Shown here: positions 47,050 through 57,921 of the stretch, one piece after another
How positions within the stretch are numbered: the stretch's first letter is position 1
Layout: every line of letters begins with the position of its first letter
Origin: Candidatus Thorarchaeota archaeon
GTDB taxonomy: Archaea; Asgardarchaeota; Thorarchaeia; Thorarchaeales; Thorarchaeaceae
Assembly (NCBI GenBank): GCA_048884965.1
Contig: JBHLQH010000014.1
Location: 27,375 to 91,374 of the forward strand
Direction of reading: 5' to 3'
DNA length: 64,000 bases
Notes under the pieces: model-generated
What the model was told of the DNA's origin: nothing
What the model saw: only the letters and a program-made list of their open reading frames with translations
The model's database searches: none
Made by a program: the position numbers and the translations under genes

Positions 47050-48789
47050 GTGACTACAGTGGAGCCATATAAGATTTCCAAGAAGACTGTCATTGTTCTT
47101 ACCATCGCAATCATCTCTGGATATATCTTCTATAATATCGCTCCACCTGATATTCAACCTGGCGAATATTCAGCTACACTGCGCATTGATTCAGAAGGAA
47201 TCTTCACTGAGCAGGTACTCAATATCACTGCTCTCGAATCTGGGGAGCTAGTTGAGAGAACATTTACTGTTGCAGGGTCCACAACTAATGTAACCATTTC
47301 ATATACAGAAAGGTTGCCGATTGCTCCTGGGATTGAGCTGACAATAGAAATCGCTGTTTCCGGAACACCGATTGCGCCTAGTGAAATCACTATGATACTC
47401 TCCAATGGATACAATTTCGAGCAATTATTACGCCCTACAAAGCAAAGCGGATCTTCATACTTCATCCAATATCAACCCTTGGTGAACTCACAGGCAGCTG
47501 TGATGATTCTCGTAGTGGTAGCAATTCTCTGGTTTTCTGAAGGGATTAGCCTTGTTGCAACTTCGATTCTTATTCCAACGATGATTGTCCTGACCAATAT
47601 TACCTCAACTCAATCTGCATTCGCTCCGTTCTTCGACCCAGCTGTAGCTCTTATTTTTGGAGGCTTTCTGATTGGACGAGCATTGAGCAAATACGAACTG
47701 GACAAGAGATTGGCTTTGATGATTCTATCAAAGAGTAGTGGTTCAGGTACGGGTCTTCTAATCACGGTTATGGGCGTAACAGCATTCCTATCGATGTGGA
47801 TAAGCAATACAGCTTCAGCAGCTATTATGATTCCCATCTCTCTTGCAGTTATTTCAAGAATAAACAATATAGAAACACGCAGTAAATATGGAAAGGCGTT
47901 GGTTTTAGGAACTGCATATTCTGCGACACTGGGTGGAGTTGCAAGCTTGGTAGGCTCGCCACCCAATCCCTTAGCTGCAACATATCTAAGAACATTTCTC
48001 GGGATTGAAATCAACTTTGTATCCTGGCTGCCGTTTGGATTGCCTGTGGTTTTGATAATGCTACCTTTGATCTGGCGATGGTTGATTTTCCGATTCAAAC
48101 TACCGAAAGGCGTTGAAGAAATAACTGAGCTGAGGACGATTTCAGAGAAGGAATATCTGAAGCTGGGACCTATGAATACACAACAGAAACTTGTAGTCCT
48201 CATCTTCATGTCTGTGATAGCTTTATGGTTGACCGAATCCCTTCATGGTGTATCAAGTTCTATCGTTGCTGTTATGGGAGGACTCGCCCTTCTAATCTTG
48301 CGGCTATTGGATGAGAAGGATGTTTCTTCAAATATCAACTGGTCGTCGCTTCTCATACTGGGAAGTGGAATTTCCCTAGGCAACGCAATGATATCTACGG
48401 GTCTGTCAGCGTATTTGGCATTTCAAATGACTGCGCTTGGAGTGCTTCCAGGATTTCTTGTAATCGTCATCATTGGATTAGTTGCGGTCGGACTGACAAT
48501 GGTAGCCTCAAATACAGGCGCTGCAGTGATTCTCATACCTATTGCTATACCCTTGGCAATAGACCTTGGTATTGACCCGATTCTTCTAACAATGATCATA
48601 GCGATTGGAGTGTCTATGGACTTTGCATTACCAACCGGAACCCCACCATCAACGATTGCCTACAGTACTGGTGAAGTCGAGATGGACGAGATGATCTCTA
48701 CAGGGCTAGTCATAGATCTTATGGCAGTACTTGTCCTCACACTAGGTGTTGTTTGGCTATGGTCCTTACTTGGCATTGTAATCATGTAG
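47050..48789 (+). CDS. DASS/SLC13 sodium:dicarboxylate/sulfate symporter with soluble insertion
   Basis: SMWISNTAS, GSPPN, VASNTG, LPTGTPPS. Confidence 0.9.
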   Translation: MTTVEPYKISKKTVIVLTIAIISGYIFYNIAPPDIQPGEYSATLRIDSEGIFTEQVLNITALESGELVERTFTVAGSTTNVTISYTERLPIAPGIELTIEIAVSGTPIAPSEITMILSNGYNFEQLLRPTKQSGSSYFIQYQPLVNSQAAVMILVVVAILWFSEGISLVATSILIPTMIVLTNITSTQSAFAPFFDPAVALIFGGFLIGRALSKYELDKRLALMILSKSSGSGTGLLITVMGVTAFLSMWISNTASAAIMIPISLAVISRINNIETRSKYGKALVLGTAYSATLGGVASLVGSPPNPLAATYLRTFLGIEINFVSWLPFGLPVVLIMLPLIWRWLIFRFKLPKGVEEITELRTISEKEYLKLGPMNTQQKLVVLIFMSVIALWLTESLHGVSSSIVAVMGGLALLILRLLDEKDVSSNINWSSLLILGSGISLGNAMISTGLSAYLAFQMTALGVLPGFLVIVIIGLVAVGLTMVASNTGAAVILIPIAIPLAIDLGIDPILLTMIIAIGVSMDFALPTGTPPSTIAYSTGEVEMDEMISTGLVIDLMAVLVLTLGVVWLWSLLGIVIM

Positions 48790-48852
48790 CATTGCATTCG
48801 CGCGACACCTTTAAATCAAAGGAATGCGGGTGCCTCATCGAGCTGAGGAAAA

Positions 48853-49617
48853 ATGAGTTGGTGTGCAAAAGTCATCAAAGGTAAGGCAGATGAATACGTT
48901 CATGCGAAACTGTTGAAATATGGAATGGGCGAGCATCCTGGTCCACGTGCTTTCCTAAAGTTCAGCAAGGCGAGAATCACATTCAAAGCTGATTTGGATA
49001 TGGAGAAGGTCTTCATCAAAGCATATGTTGCAGGTGTTCCTGAGGGCACACATAAGATCAAAGGTACGATTGTCACTTATGAAGACCGAAGAGAGGATAC
49101 TGCCAAACTTACTATGCCGGTGATGTGGAAGGTTTCGAAAGGAAAAGGTGCCACAACCTACAAGGCCAAGCTCAATGAAGCAGCTCCACTTGGAGATATC
49201 AAGGGTCTGGTTGCATTAGACGATCCCACAACATTCTTTCTGATCTCTCTCAATCCGAAGGCAAGTGGTTCTGCATGGAAGATCACAACGAAGACCTCGT
49301 TCCCAAAGGGCGGTCCCTCTGATGATGAGGAGTCTGAGAAGGATCCTGTTTTCAGCAAGGGTGCATTGGAGAATACCGCTGTCGTGATGGATTTCCTCTC
49401 AAAGGAATTATTCCCGGATGTTGCAGATAAGATTGGCCCAAAAACAAAGAGCGTTGATATCCGACAGACAATCTTCATTGATGATATCGAGATTCCTGAT
49501 GACACTTCTCTTTCCTTCAAAGAGAAGAGGAGGCTTGCAAAGAAGCGAGGTCGTCTCATCCGCAAGATCACAATTGATGGCACAGACTATGAAAATGAGT
49601 ATCCCTTCCTAGCATAA
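48853..49617 (+). CDS. Hypothetical basic archaeal protein
   Basis: K-rich 254-aa ORF with SD (GAGG); ends RRLAKKRGRLIRKITIDG. Confidence 0.7.
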   Translation: MSWCAKVIKGKADEYVHAKLLKYGMGEHPGPRAFLKFSKARITFKADLDMEKVFIKAYVAGVPEGTHKIKGTIVTYEDRREDTAKLTMPVMWKVSKGKGATTYKAKLNEAAPLGDIKGLVALDDPTTFFLISLNPKASGSAWKITTKTSFPKGGPSDDEESEKDPVFSKGALENTAVVMDFLSKELFPDVADKIGPKTKSVDIRQTIFIDDIEIPDDTSLSFKEKRRLAKKRGRLIRKITIDGTDYENEYPFLA

Positions 49618-49706
49618 TACTCATCCTTGGTATAATCATTGTACAACCGTGACGTTTAAATGAGCATAGGAGAGCGCGACATAGAATAACTCAAGAGGTT
49701 GAAAAC

Positions 49707-49910
49707 ATGCTCCAAGTAACAATTGAATCATCATTCTTCTACTTTGCACTATTCTTTATTCTATTCGGTCTATTTGCCATTGGATGGCTTGTTGTGCATG
49801 TGGAGCATGCAAGACACTTCTCAAAGTTCAAGGTAGTATCTGCATTGATTCTCGGAGCCATTTTTCTTGGATTCGGTATCCATTTCTTGCTCCTGACATT
49901 TGGGATATAA
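49707..49910 (+). CDS. Small 2-TM membrane protein
   Basis: GAGGT SD, two hydrophobic helices. Confidence 0.65.
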   Translation: MLQVTIESSFFYFALFFILFGLFAIGWLVVHVEHARHFSKFKVVSALILGAIFLGFGIHFLLLTFGI

Positions 49911-50008
49911 GATCATTATAGGTACACACGCACATTATTGATATTCGATGTTTCAGAGAATCCTCTGTGTTAGACAGCTCATATTGGTTGGTCTACACCG
50001 AGAGGAAA

Positions 50009-51193
50009 ATGCTATTGCTACTGGACCCGGACCTTGAGAAAATAGCTGTTCAGAGTAGACAGCGACTAGTGCAGGAGTTTGCAGAAAAACATGCGACACT
50101 AGGTGAACGATCCCGTCGAGTGCCGGTCTATTCTGCTGAAGAAATCGCATCCAAGTATGGCTGTCCTCTACAAATCGCCACAGTAGCATACCTAATTGAT
50201 ATGGACGGTATCACAACCACTAAGAGGGCGGTGGATTTACTAACATCTGAGCTTTTTCGTCGAGAATCAATTGGGGAAGGAGTTCCTAATCTTCCAGGGA
50301 ATGTCCAAGAATTCGCAGTTCAGGAAGGACGGTGGATTTCATACATATATGGCAGCTTTGCAAGAGAGTTTGAGATTAAAGTCCGAGAGCTAGCAAATCT
50401 TGAAAGTGTCTTTGATGAAGATGAACCTCCCGTTGAAAAAGCGATCTCATTATTGAATTCAAGAATCAAGTTAGCCGAGGCATTTCTCTTACCAGTTGTT
50501 CAGGCATGGCTCAAGGATCATTCCAAGGGTACAAGTGAGGATCTCCTACTCTTCATAGGACCTGCAATCACTAACTGGAATGAGAATACGCTGAGGGGTA
50601 AGATCAGGAAACTGAAGCGTAGGAATCAGGCACTATTAAGAAGACTTGTATCAATCATTACATCTGCTGCAGATTCGATGACGATGGACGCATATTCAAA
50701 GAGGATTGAGGTCCTAATCACTGAACTCGATAGTGAGATCAATCGTTTGACACATCGAGCTGCGGCACATCTCATTGTTCAGATTGCTCCACGTCCAACT
50801 GGAGCAAGAGGTGATCGTTCTAGATATGTGGAGTTTGGTACTGGCTCAACTCGAGGGAATAAAGCAGAACCTGATATGGTTTCACCTTTTGACTTCTTAG
50901 AACGGGATATTAGACTAGCTAAAAGAAGAACTGGCGATGAAAGAATTACATATCTTAAAGAAAGAATTTCTCGCGTTTTGAAGGTTCTAAAATACTTGGG
51001 AAATGATCCCTTTTCAAGTTTGCAGCAATCGATTCAAGAAATCACTGAGCGATTTGAGATTACTAATTTGGATACAACTATCTTGGTTGAAGAAATGAAG
51101 GATGCATATGTGAATGCACCTCAAGAGAACTATGACACAATCACAAATGATTTGGTTTATTCATTCATTGAGATGCATGTCTTTTCGGTGTGA
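50009..51193 (+). CDS. Hypothetical helical protein
   Basis: Long ORF; probable ATG at 50009 after GAGG; coupled to next gene by GTGA overlap. Confidence 0.75.
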   Translation: MLLLLDPDLEKIAVQSRQRLVQEFAEKHATLGERSRRVPVYSAEEIASKYGCPLQIATVAYLIDMDGITTTKRAVDLLTSELFRRESIGEGVPNLPGNVQEFAVQEGRWISYIYGSFAREFEIKVRELANLESVFDEDEPPVEKAISLLNSRIKLAEAFLLPVVQAWLKDHSKGTSEDLLLFIGPAITNWNENTLRGKIRKLKRRNQALLRRLVSIITSAADSMTMDAYSKRIEVLITELDSEINRLTHRAAAHLIVQIAPRPTGARGDRSRYVEFGTGSTRGNKAEPDMVSPFDFLERDIRLAKRRTGDERITYLKERISRVLKVLKYLGNDPFSSLQQSIQEITERFEITNLDTTILVEEMKDAYVNAPQENYDTITNDLVYSFIEMHVFSV

Positions 51194-51969
51194 GTGCAAT
51201 GATGAGCTCAACTCCCCTTTTTTGGTTGCTCGATATCGAGGCTTATAACTATAATATTGGAGTTCTCAAAGATTCGGATATGTCTGGCAAGGCATTGATT
51301 GCATCTCACCAATTGTGGTCAATCCTAAGAGATGACAAGGTATATTCCGCCCTGATAGGACCCGGATATTTCAAGGGAGTTGCAGAAAGTGGAAATCGTA
51401 GAGTGGAAGTGAAGGAATATCTCTCTGTGTTGATGTTCGATCCTACCGCATTGCGATATGACGAGCCTCTTCCATTGGTTGATATAATTAATCCCGAAGT
51501 GATTGATCCCCTCGGATCCTCGAAGGTTGAAGAGATAATGACCATTCTAAGTAACCTTGTTGTTGAGAAAGGGAATGTCCTTGCAGGGGATCAGATTGCC
51601 AAAATCACAGGCAAGGCAGATGTTCCACGTTTAGCACATTATACAGATATCCTCAAGAAAATCAGAATCTCTCACGTTTCTGGAGTTCAGAGAGCTAGGT
51701 TCCTCCTTGGTGGGACAAATCGTCCCCTCTACGCTCCAATGGTTGAATGGTTCAATATGCGAAGATACAACAACTTCACACGCCCCAAAGTAATGGGTCT
51801 TCCTTTCGCAAAATTTGCAGACTCGTCAGATATTGAAATCATGTCTGATTGGATGATTGTGGAGAAGGCAGGAATGGGAGGCACAGGCATTGAAGGCTTC
51901 AGACAAGAATATGAGTCTGTCCTACTGAATATCCAGAAGAATGCAGAGTCATACATCTTCGATCTTTGA
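51190..51969 (+). CDS. Hypothetical protein
   Basis: 259-aa ORF overlapping the previous stop. Confidence 0.7.
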   Translation: MSAMMSSTPLFWLLDIEAYNYNIGVLKDSDMSGKALIASHQLWSILRDDKVYSALIGPGYFKGVAESGNRRVEVKEYLSVLMFDPTALRYDEPLPLVDIINPEVIDPLGSSKVEEIMTILSNLVVEKGNVLAGDQIAKITGKADVPRLAHYTDILKKIRISHVSGVQRARFLLGGTNRPLYAPMVEWFNMRRYNNFTRPKVMGLPFAKFADSSDIEIMSDWMIVEKAGMGGTGIEGFRQEYESVLLNIQKNAESYIFDL

Positions 51970-52023
51970 CCTAACCACAAGAGTCTTTGCTTCATTATAT
52001 TGCCCCAAACGTGAGGTTCCCTA

Positions 52024-54678
52024 GTGGAAATAGCAGATGCTGACATTCAGAAAATCTTGGCGAAGCCATACTCCTTTGTCATACGTGCAGGAAGACAAGA
52101 GATGACCACACGGATTGATCTAATGCAGGACATTCTTCTAGACCGTCAACGAGCTAAAATATCAGGGATGGTTGAATATGGTTCCAAGTCCAATGGAATG
52201 CTTGAGATACGAAGGTCTTGGTTTGTAAAATACAATAAGCCTCTCTACTACCAACCAAAGGAATTCCACGAGATACTTCGTCAAGCCAAGTTCATAATCA
52301 TTCCAAGAAAGCAGAAACCGATTTTCCACAAGGAACTCCTTGATTTGTTCGAGCGTCTCCAAGTTCCCAAGCCAAAGATAGTTCCTGTGTGTGAGCATTG
52401 TCTTCGAGATAACAGACTCACAGTGTTAACCAAAAGAAACGCAGTAAAGGTATCAGATACTCAGGTGCTGTGTGGCACATGCGCGAAAGCTGACCTAAGA
52501 ACTGATCTGAAGAGTCTAGGCATAAAGTTGTCCAAAGGAATGCTGCGGCATATTGAGAATCAGCTGATGAAGGTGAAGTCCGTTCCTCGATTGCTTGAAT
52601 TGGTCACCCCCGGATTTGACCCCACTCGTGATCCAGATCTGACGTTGATTGACACCCTGACAACAGGCAAAGATGCAATGGGTGTATCCTTACAATCCCT
52701 CAATTTGGAAGCCGATTTCAAGGAGCTCTTGATTCAAGAGGGATTTGTCACATTATTACCCGTACAGGAGCAAGTTGTGAAGGATGGGTTGCTAAGTGGT
52801 AAAAGCCTGCTGATTGTTTCTTCAACGTCTTCAGGTAAGACGCTAATTGGCGAATTGGCAGGAATTCCGCAAGCTCGAAAAGGAAAGAAGATGATCTACC
52901 TGTCTCCTCTTGTTGCACTAACAAATGAGAAGTATGAAGTCTTTAGGAAGCGATACAAGAAAATTGGACTAAGAACTGGGATCAAGGTGGGAATGTCACG
53001 ACTTGATGTCGGTGACGAGGGCAAACCGATTGTTGATACTGACATTGATAAATCAGACATCATTTGCGCAACATACGAGGCCTTGGATCTCATCTTTCGT
53101 TCAGGAGAAACCAGTAAACTTGGAGAAATAGGAACGATTATTGTTGACGAGATACAAAACCTTGCTGATGAGGAACGTGGTCCTGAACTAGATGGACTTC
53201 TAGCACGAATGAGGTTTCATGCTCCCAAAGCCCAGATACTAGCACTCTCGGCCACCGTGGGCTCTCCAGAGAAACTTGCGAAGGAGCTGAAACTGAAGCT
53301 AGTTAATTACACAGGACGGCCAGTTCCTTTGGAGCGACATCTTGTTTTCGCCAGAAGTGATGAAGATAAACGCAGCATCATTAGGCGTTTGGTAAAGGAT
53401 GAGTTCCGAAAAGTTAGTAGTGCCGGCAATAAGGGGCAATCCATCATCTTCACTTTCTCGCGAAGAAGAGCGCACGCTCTTTCAGACTGGTTGAATGAGC
53501 AGAGGGTTAGGAGTACTGTCTATCACGGAGGTCTCTCCTATGGGGACAGACGAAGGATTGAACACGCCTTTTCGAAGCAACGGTATGAGTGTGTGGTAAC
53601 GACTGCTGCTCTTGGAGCTGGAGTAGACTTACCTGCTTCTCAGGTGATATTTGAGACCCTCGCTATGGGCGCAGATTGGGTTTCCACGGCAGAATTCGAA
53701 CAGATGCTTGGGCGTGCAGGACGACTGGGAAAGCATGATCGAGGACGAGCCTTTCTTCTTGTTCAGCCAGAGCGCAAATATCATGGTGGTCAAGAGAAGA
53801 CTGAAGATGAAATCGCCTCTGATTTGCTTGCTGGAATTGTTGAGGATGTCGAACCTTTTGCAGATATGGAACACAGCGCTGAACAAGCCCTTGCCATGAT
53901 ATGCTCAACAAAACTAGTGGATCTGAAGAAAGTAGCTTTGGCCTATAAGCGGATGCTTTCTGTTTCAGTTCCCCCGTCGGATGCACTCAAGCACCTAGTA
54001 AAGAAACATATGATTAGGGTGCGAGAGGGCGGAGCGCATGTCACAGCACTAGGTCGAGCAACATCCCTCTCATTCCTTACACCTTCTGAAGGTTTGGAAG
54101 TGGTTAAGATGGCTGCATCCATGGATGTCTTGGATATTGCTATCACTTTGGAACCCTTTGATAATGTCTACCTGACAAGCAAATTGCAAGGAGAGGTGAA
54201 CACAGCCTTCAAAACTCACATGCCAACTCGGCTCTTTTCAGGCATATTCATAGATTTGACAAACATCCGAAATCCTCAAGGGGGCGCCTCACGTCTTCCC
54301 AAGTGGGTCTTTGAGGTCTTTTCTCGCTGGACTCGTGACTTCTTCAATTGCGGATGTAGTCTATTCCCAGAATGTGATCATGGACGAGTTGCAGTGGGCC
54401 GTTGGATCGCAAAGCAAAGAAAGGCAGGACTCAATCCAACTGGAATAGCTCAAAAGATGCATCGTGACTATGAGCTTTGGGCTTATCCTGGTGATATCTA
54501 TTCTTGGCTGGACTCATTGATTCATAGTCTGAAGGCAGTACAAAGGATTGCCCTAGTAGAAGGTAAGACTGATCTAAATGAAACGATTGAGGATCAGATA
54601 TCCCGAATTGAAACTCCACTAAAGGATCTAAAATTGGATGAAACTGCAGAAGAGAAGAATGAACCCTCTACTCAGTAG
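52024..54678 (+). CDS. Archaeal SF2 DEAD/DEAH helicase (COG1202/DUF5814 type)
   Basis: LLPVQ, STSSGKTLIGELAG, DEIQ, LSAT, TAALGAGVDLPASQV, QMLGRAGR; C-terminal CGC..C cluster. Confidence 0.88.
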   Translation: MEIADADIQKILAKPYSFVIRAGRQEMTTRIDLMQDILLDRQRAKISGMVEYGSKSNGMLEIRRSWFVKYNKPLYYQPKEFHEILRQAKFIIIPRKQKPIFHKELLDLFERLQVPKPKIVPVCEHCLRDNRLTVLTKRNAVKVSDTQVLCGTCAKADLRTDLKSLGIKLSKGMLRHIENQLMKVKSVPRLLELVTPGFDPTRDPDLTLIDTLTTGKDAMGVSLQSLNLEADFKELLIQEGFVTLLPVQEQVVKDGLLSGKSLLIVSSTSSGKTLIGELAGIPQARKGKKMIYLSPLVALTNEKYEVFRKRYKKIGLRTGIKVGMSRLDVGDEGKPIVDTDIDKSDIICATYEALDLIFRSGETSKLGEIGTIIVDEIQNLADEERGPELDGLLARMRFHAPKAQILALSATVGSPEKLAKELKLKLVNYTGRPVPLERHLVFARSDEDKRSIIRRLVKDEFRKVSSAGNKGQSIIFTFSRRRAHALSDWLNEQRVRSTVYHGGLSYGDRRRIEHAFSKQRYECVVTTAALGAGVDLPASQVIFETLAMGADWVSTAEFEQMLGRAGRLGKHDRGRAFLLVQPERKYHGGQEKTEDEIASDLLAGIVEDVEPFADMEHSAEQALAMICSTKLVDLKKVALAYKRMLSVSVPPSDALKHLVKKHMIRVREGGAHVTALGRATSLSFLTPSEGLEVVKMAASMDVLDIAITLEPFDNVYLTSKLQGEVNTAFKTHMPTRLFSGIFIDLTNIRNPQGGASRLPKWVFEVFSRWTRDFFNCGCSLFPECDHGRVAVGRWIAKQRKAGLNPTGIAQKMHRDYELWAYPGDIYSWLDSLIHSLKAVQRIALVEGKTDLNETIEDQISRIETPLKDLKLDETAEEKNEPSTQ

Positions 54679-54925
54679 CTAGCTCAAACACGACCCTGAT
54701 ATTGCCAACAGCCTTTGGATCCATGGAGTCGATATTGAGATCAATCCATCGATGAAGGTCTCGTCGGATCTCTTCTTTGGTTGTTAGAGCAGTTGGCATT
54801 GGTGCTCTTTCTTGAGATACCAGCTTGAAGTGAGTGCTCCCACAAGAGCAATTGCCTTCTAGTACCTGATCAACATCATCGCAAGTGGCACCACAATCTC
54901 TGCAAACGAACTGCATAGTAATCAC
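54668..54925 (-). CDS. Small zinc-ribbon protein
   Basis: CRDC...CSCGSTHF. Confidence 0.7.
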   Translation of the reverse strand: MITMQFVCRDCGATCDDVDQVLEGNCSCGSTHFKLVSQERAPMPTALTTKEEIRRDLHRWIDLNIDSMDPKAVGNIRVVFELATE

Positions 54926-55004
54926 TATAGATTCGTGGCATCGGATATCTATGAGAGTTGGTAATCTTCAAGTATTACACGCTCGGGGGTCGAAATGAAC
55001 GGGC

Positions 55005-55259
55005 TCAAATGAGGAGAAGCATTGCAATGAAAATCGAGATCGCTGCTATTGCTAGAATAATCTGCGTTCTTCTACTAAATCCCCAAACCAGGGGAATGGG
55101 GCCAATGAATACGACCGCCCTGGTTTCCTTTCTAATATGATTTGCATCCTGATTTATCTCATTACGCGAAAGATGGAAACCGAGAAGAATAAGGAGAATT
55201 CCTGTGAGAATTATCACAAATGCAATTGATTGTGGGTTTAGCATCAACTGTAAGAGCAA
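55005..55259 (-). CDS. DUF131/TIGR00304-like small membrane protein
   Basis: VVFIGPIPLVWG between two TM helices. Confidence 0.75.
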   Translation of the reverse strand: MLLQLMLNPQSIAFVIILTGILLILLGFHLSRNEINQDANHIRKETRAVVFIGPIPLVWGFSRRTQIILAIAAISIFIAMLLLI

Positions 55260-55270
55260 GAATCTTCCCT

Positions 55271-55849
55271 CTATTGGTGCATCTTAATTCGCGTGTCAAG
55301 CTTTGATTCAGGCAGGATGAACTCCATAAGCTCATAGCCTCCCACGCGATCTCCTTCAAGGGCCCATAGTACCACAAAGTCATTGTAGATTTCATGCTCA
55401 AGTTTGCTATCAATCTCTACAACTTGTGTTCCATATGGGAATCTCCAAATGATCTCAAAATCATATGGTGCATTTTCTTCCTCAAGCCATGTTTGAATAT
55501 TGTTGCCGCCCGGTTGGAACCTACCTGCAAAGTCAATGAGATATACTACTGCAACGACTTCACTAGATCCTTTCAGGAAAATATCCGTGTATCGAACGAT
55601 TGATTTTACACGATCGCCATTAATCTCAACTCGCTCTTCATCAAGGAAGTACTGCATATTTGATGCAAGTTTTGTAATCTCTTTCTCAAGGAGACTCTCA
55701 TCTTGTGTAACTTGTCGGTAATGTCCTTCAAGGTCTAAATATTCGAAACACAATCTTTCGTGTATCTCTCCTGTATGAGATACAGAAAAGAACGATTCAG
55801 CATGTATTGGCTCAACGAAATCCTCACTTTCTGAGAACATGATTTTCAT
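55271..55849 (-). CDS. Hypothetical acidic protein
   Basis: 192-aa ORF directly abutting the upstream gene. Confidence 0.7.
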   Translation of the reverse strand: MKIMFSESEDFVEPIHAESFFSVSHTGEIHERLCFEYLDLEGHYRQVTQDESLLEKEITKLASNMQYFLDEERVEINGDRVKSIVRYTDIFLKGSSEVVAVVYLIDFAGRFQPGGNNIQTWLEEENAPYDFEIIWRFPYGTQVVEIDSKLEHEIYNDFVVLWALEGDRVGGYELMEFILPESKLDTRIKMHQ

Positions 55850-56854
55850 CTACTCCAATGGAACGGCACTAATTCCTTTTTGAATGAGATATCCAGAGAA
55901 GACTCCAGCATTACTTGTAAAGCAGTATACAATTCTAGGGTTTACTTTCTCAGCAAACTCCAAGAGATTCGGAAAGTCTGTATGAGCGCTTAATGGAAAA
56001 CCTCCATTTCTATATTCTCCCAAAGTCCACCCAGAGAGATTGTAGTTCTGTTTTCTGCGTTCCAGATCCTTTGCAAAGGAAGGTCCAATCATCTTTCGTA
56101 CATTGCTAATAGCATGCCTTGGTGCGGATGTAACGATGGCACAACCTTGCTTTAGGGTAGTCTTGACTTCAACGTCCTCCAAGTTTGCGTATCTCAATTC
56201 TATCCCATATTTGGTATAAATCTCTGATACTGCATCAACAGCTGGATTACCTGAAACTACATCTATTCCACTATTAGCTAACAATGCTATTGCTTCTTGT
56301 GCTTTACCCAGTGAATACGCATGAAATATCGGGATTCTACCGCTCTCGATTGCTTGACGAGCTGTTGTGATAATATCATTGTGAATCAGCTCTCGTCTAG
56401 GGAACACCCATTGTGGTGTTCCATATGTTGCTTCGGTAATTAGGACGTCTGCATCAATTGGAACCGCCGCTTTGTGAACAACACTATCTGATGCATTGAA
56501 ATCCCCAGTATACAGCACAGTCAATCCATCATCGAATACTAGCTTGAACATTGTAGAGCCAATAACATGGCCCGCATTCAATGCAGTAATGTATACACCA
56601 ATTTGTCCGATTGTATCATTGAATCCTATCGTGCTCAATCCCGATTGGATTCTTCCGCCTCGCGCGTTCAAAGCATCTATCGTTTCCTGAGTTGCGATGA
56701 TGTGTCTTGCATCTTCCAAGTTCCCTATGTGATCCGCATGTGCGTGAGATAGCAATGTCGTAGTACCAGAGATGCCTGTATCCAATGCGAGACTTACATC
56801 CCCATATTTGATACGAATTCCAGTACGGTGTTTAGCAACTCTGAGAGAAGGCAT
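55850..56854 (-). CDS. MBL-fold/beta-CASP nuclease
   Basis: SHAHADH, AGHVIGS, LYTGDF, ITEATYG, YSLGKAQE, SAHTDF; likely start MPSLRV at 56854. Confidence 0.88.
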   Translation of the reverse strand: MPSLRVAKHRTGIRIKYGDVSLALDTGISGTTTLLSHAHADHIGNLEDARHIIATQETIDALNARGGRIQSGLSTIGFNDTIGQIGVYITALNAGHVIGSTMFKLVFDDGLTVLYTGDFNASDSVVHKAAVPIDADVLITEATYGTPQWVFPRRELIHNDIITTARQAIESGRIPIFHAYSLGKAQEAIALLANSGIDVVSGNPAVDAVSEIYTKYGIELRYANLEDVEVKTTLKQGCAIVTSAPRHAISNVRKMIGPSFAKDLERRKQNYNLSGWTLGEYRNGGFPLSAHTDFPNLLEFAEKVNPRIVYCFTSNAGVFSGYLIQKGISAVPLE

Positions 56855-56916
56855 CTTATGGCAACCATCTTTTACTCTTGGTGTTCCAACAAAAGGCTTT
56901 CCGCTTATACTTGCAT

Positions 56917-57870
56917 CTATAGCGCCTTTCGGTAGAGTTTGAGTTCTGAAACATCGATTGCATCTCCACATAGTGAACTCATTGCGTTCAATACTTGAGA
57001 GTCACTTGGCATCATATTGAGAGTGACAGAAGAGAGTCCTCTTTGTTTTGCCAGTGATATGATTCTCAGTGCAACATCTTGACTGGATACCTCTGAGGGG
57101 TCAGATAGCAATGATGTGATGAGGAACGTATTGTTCCATGTTTGAGTTCCTATCGATAGTTGCGGTTCATTATCAACTGATACTGAATAGTGTGAGGAGG
57201 CCTTCTGTGCAAGAATCACGCTGAGCCAAAAACAGCCATGGTCCGGTCGCTCGTTTGGCGATACTTTCCAAAAAAGCTGCTTTAGGGTTTCAGTTTCAGC
57301 AGAAGGACTGTCCCACTTCAATGTCGAGGGTATCTCTATTTTATCAGGGATCGCATATGTTGCTCTTTGAAACAAAGCGATCTCTTTGAAGCCATTTTCG
57401 ATCAATGCCTCTTCAGTCCATGCGCCAAGATCTGTGCAAAATGGAAATGGAATGCTCTTCATATCATAAGCGGGATTTACAAAAGCATCTACCTCTCGTA
57501 TTGCAACGGATTTGAAAAATGGGAGGGATGTCTTCACGATATGCTTTGTAAGGCGAAGCCTACTCTTTTCTGGTATTCGAATCGAAGAAAGAAGCAATCC
57601 CATTCTAGCAGTGTCGCGGAAGATGGTCGATGCTCCTGCCTCTTCATCTCCAAGATATGAAATGAAGAACATGCTCCCATCCAAATGTATGTATGTCTGA
57701 GCTGCATCATAATCATCTTCAGGAATATCTGTTTGACGCAGCCTAATCCATACATCCAATTCCTCGGTGGCGAGCCTTCTAGAATAATACGGCTGGTCTT
57801 CCACATGAGTTCTCTCCAATTCATCTGCTTCTTCCCACTTCCACGTTAAAATCTCATTGCCTATGTTCAT
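56917..57870 (-). CDS. Hypothetical protein, possibly tandem GNAT-like fold
   Basis: 317 aa; LIENGFKE-type element; fold assignment weak. Confidence 0.55.
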   Translation of the reverse strand: MNIGNEILTWKWEEADELERTHVEDQPYYSRRLATEELDVWIRLRQTDIPEDDYDAAQTYIHLDGSMFFISYLGDEEAGASTIFRDTARMGLLLSSIRIPEKSRLRLTKHIVKTSLPFFKSVAIREVDAFVNPAYDMKSIPFPFCTDLGAWTEEALIENGFKEIALFQRATYAIPDKIEIPSTLKWDSPSAETETLKQLFWKVSPNERPDHGCFWLSVILAQKASSHYSVSVDNEPQLSIGTQTWNNTFLITSLLSDPSEVSSQDVALRIISLAKQRGLSSVTLNMMPSDSQVLNAMSSLCGDAIDVSELKLYRKAL

Positions 57871-57921
57871 TAAGCGAAGGGTTTATTGAGTAACGTTACG
57901 TCAACACGAAAGGGGAATTGC

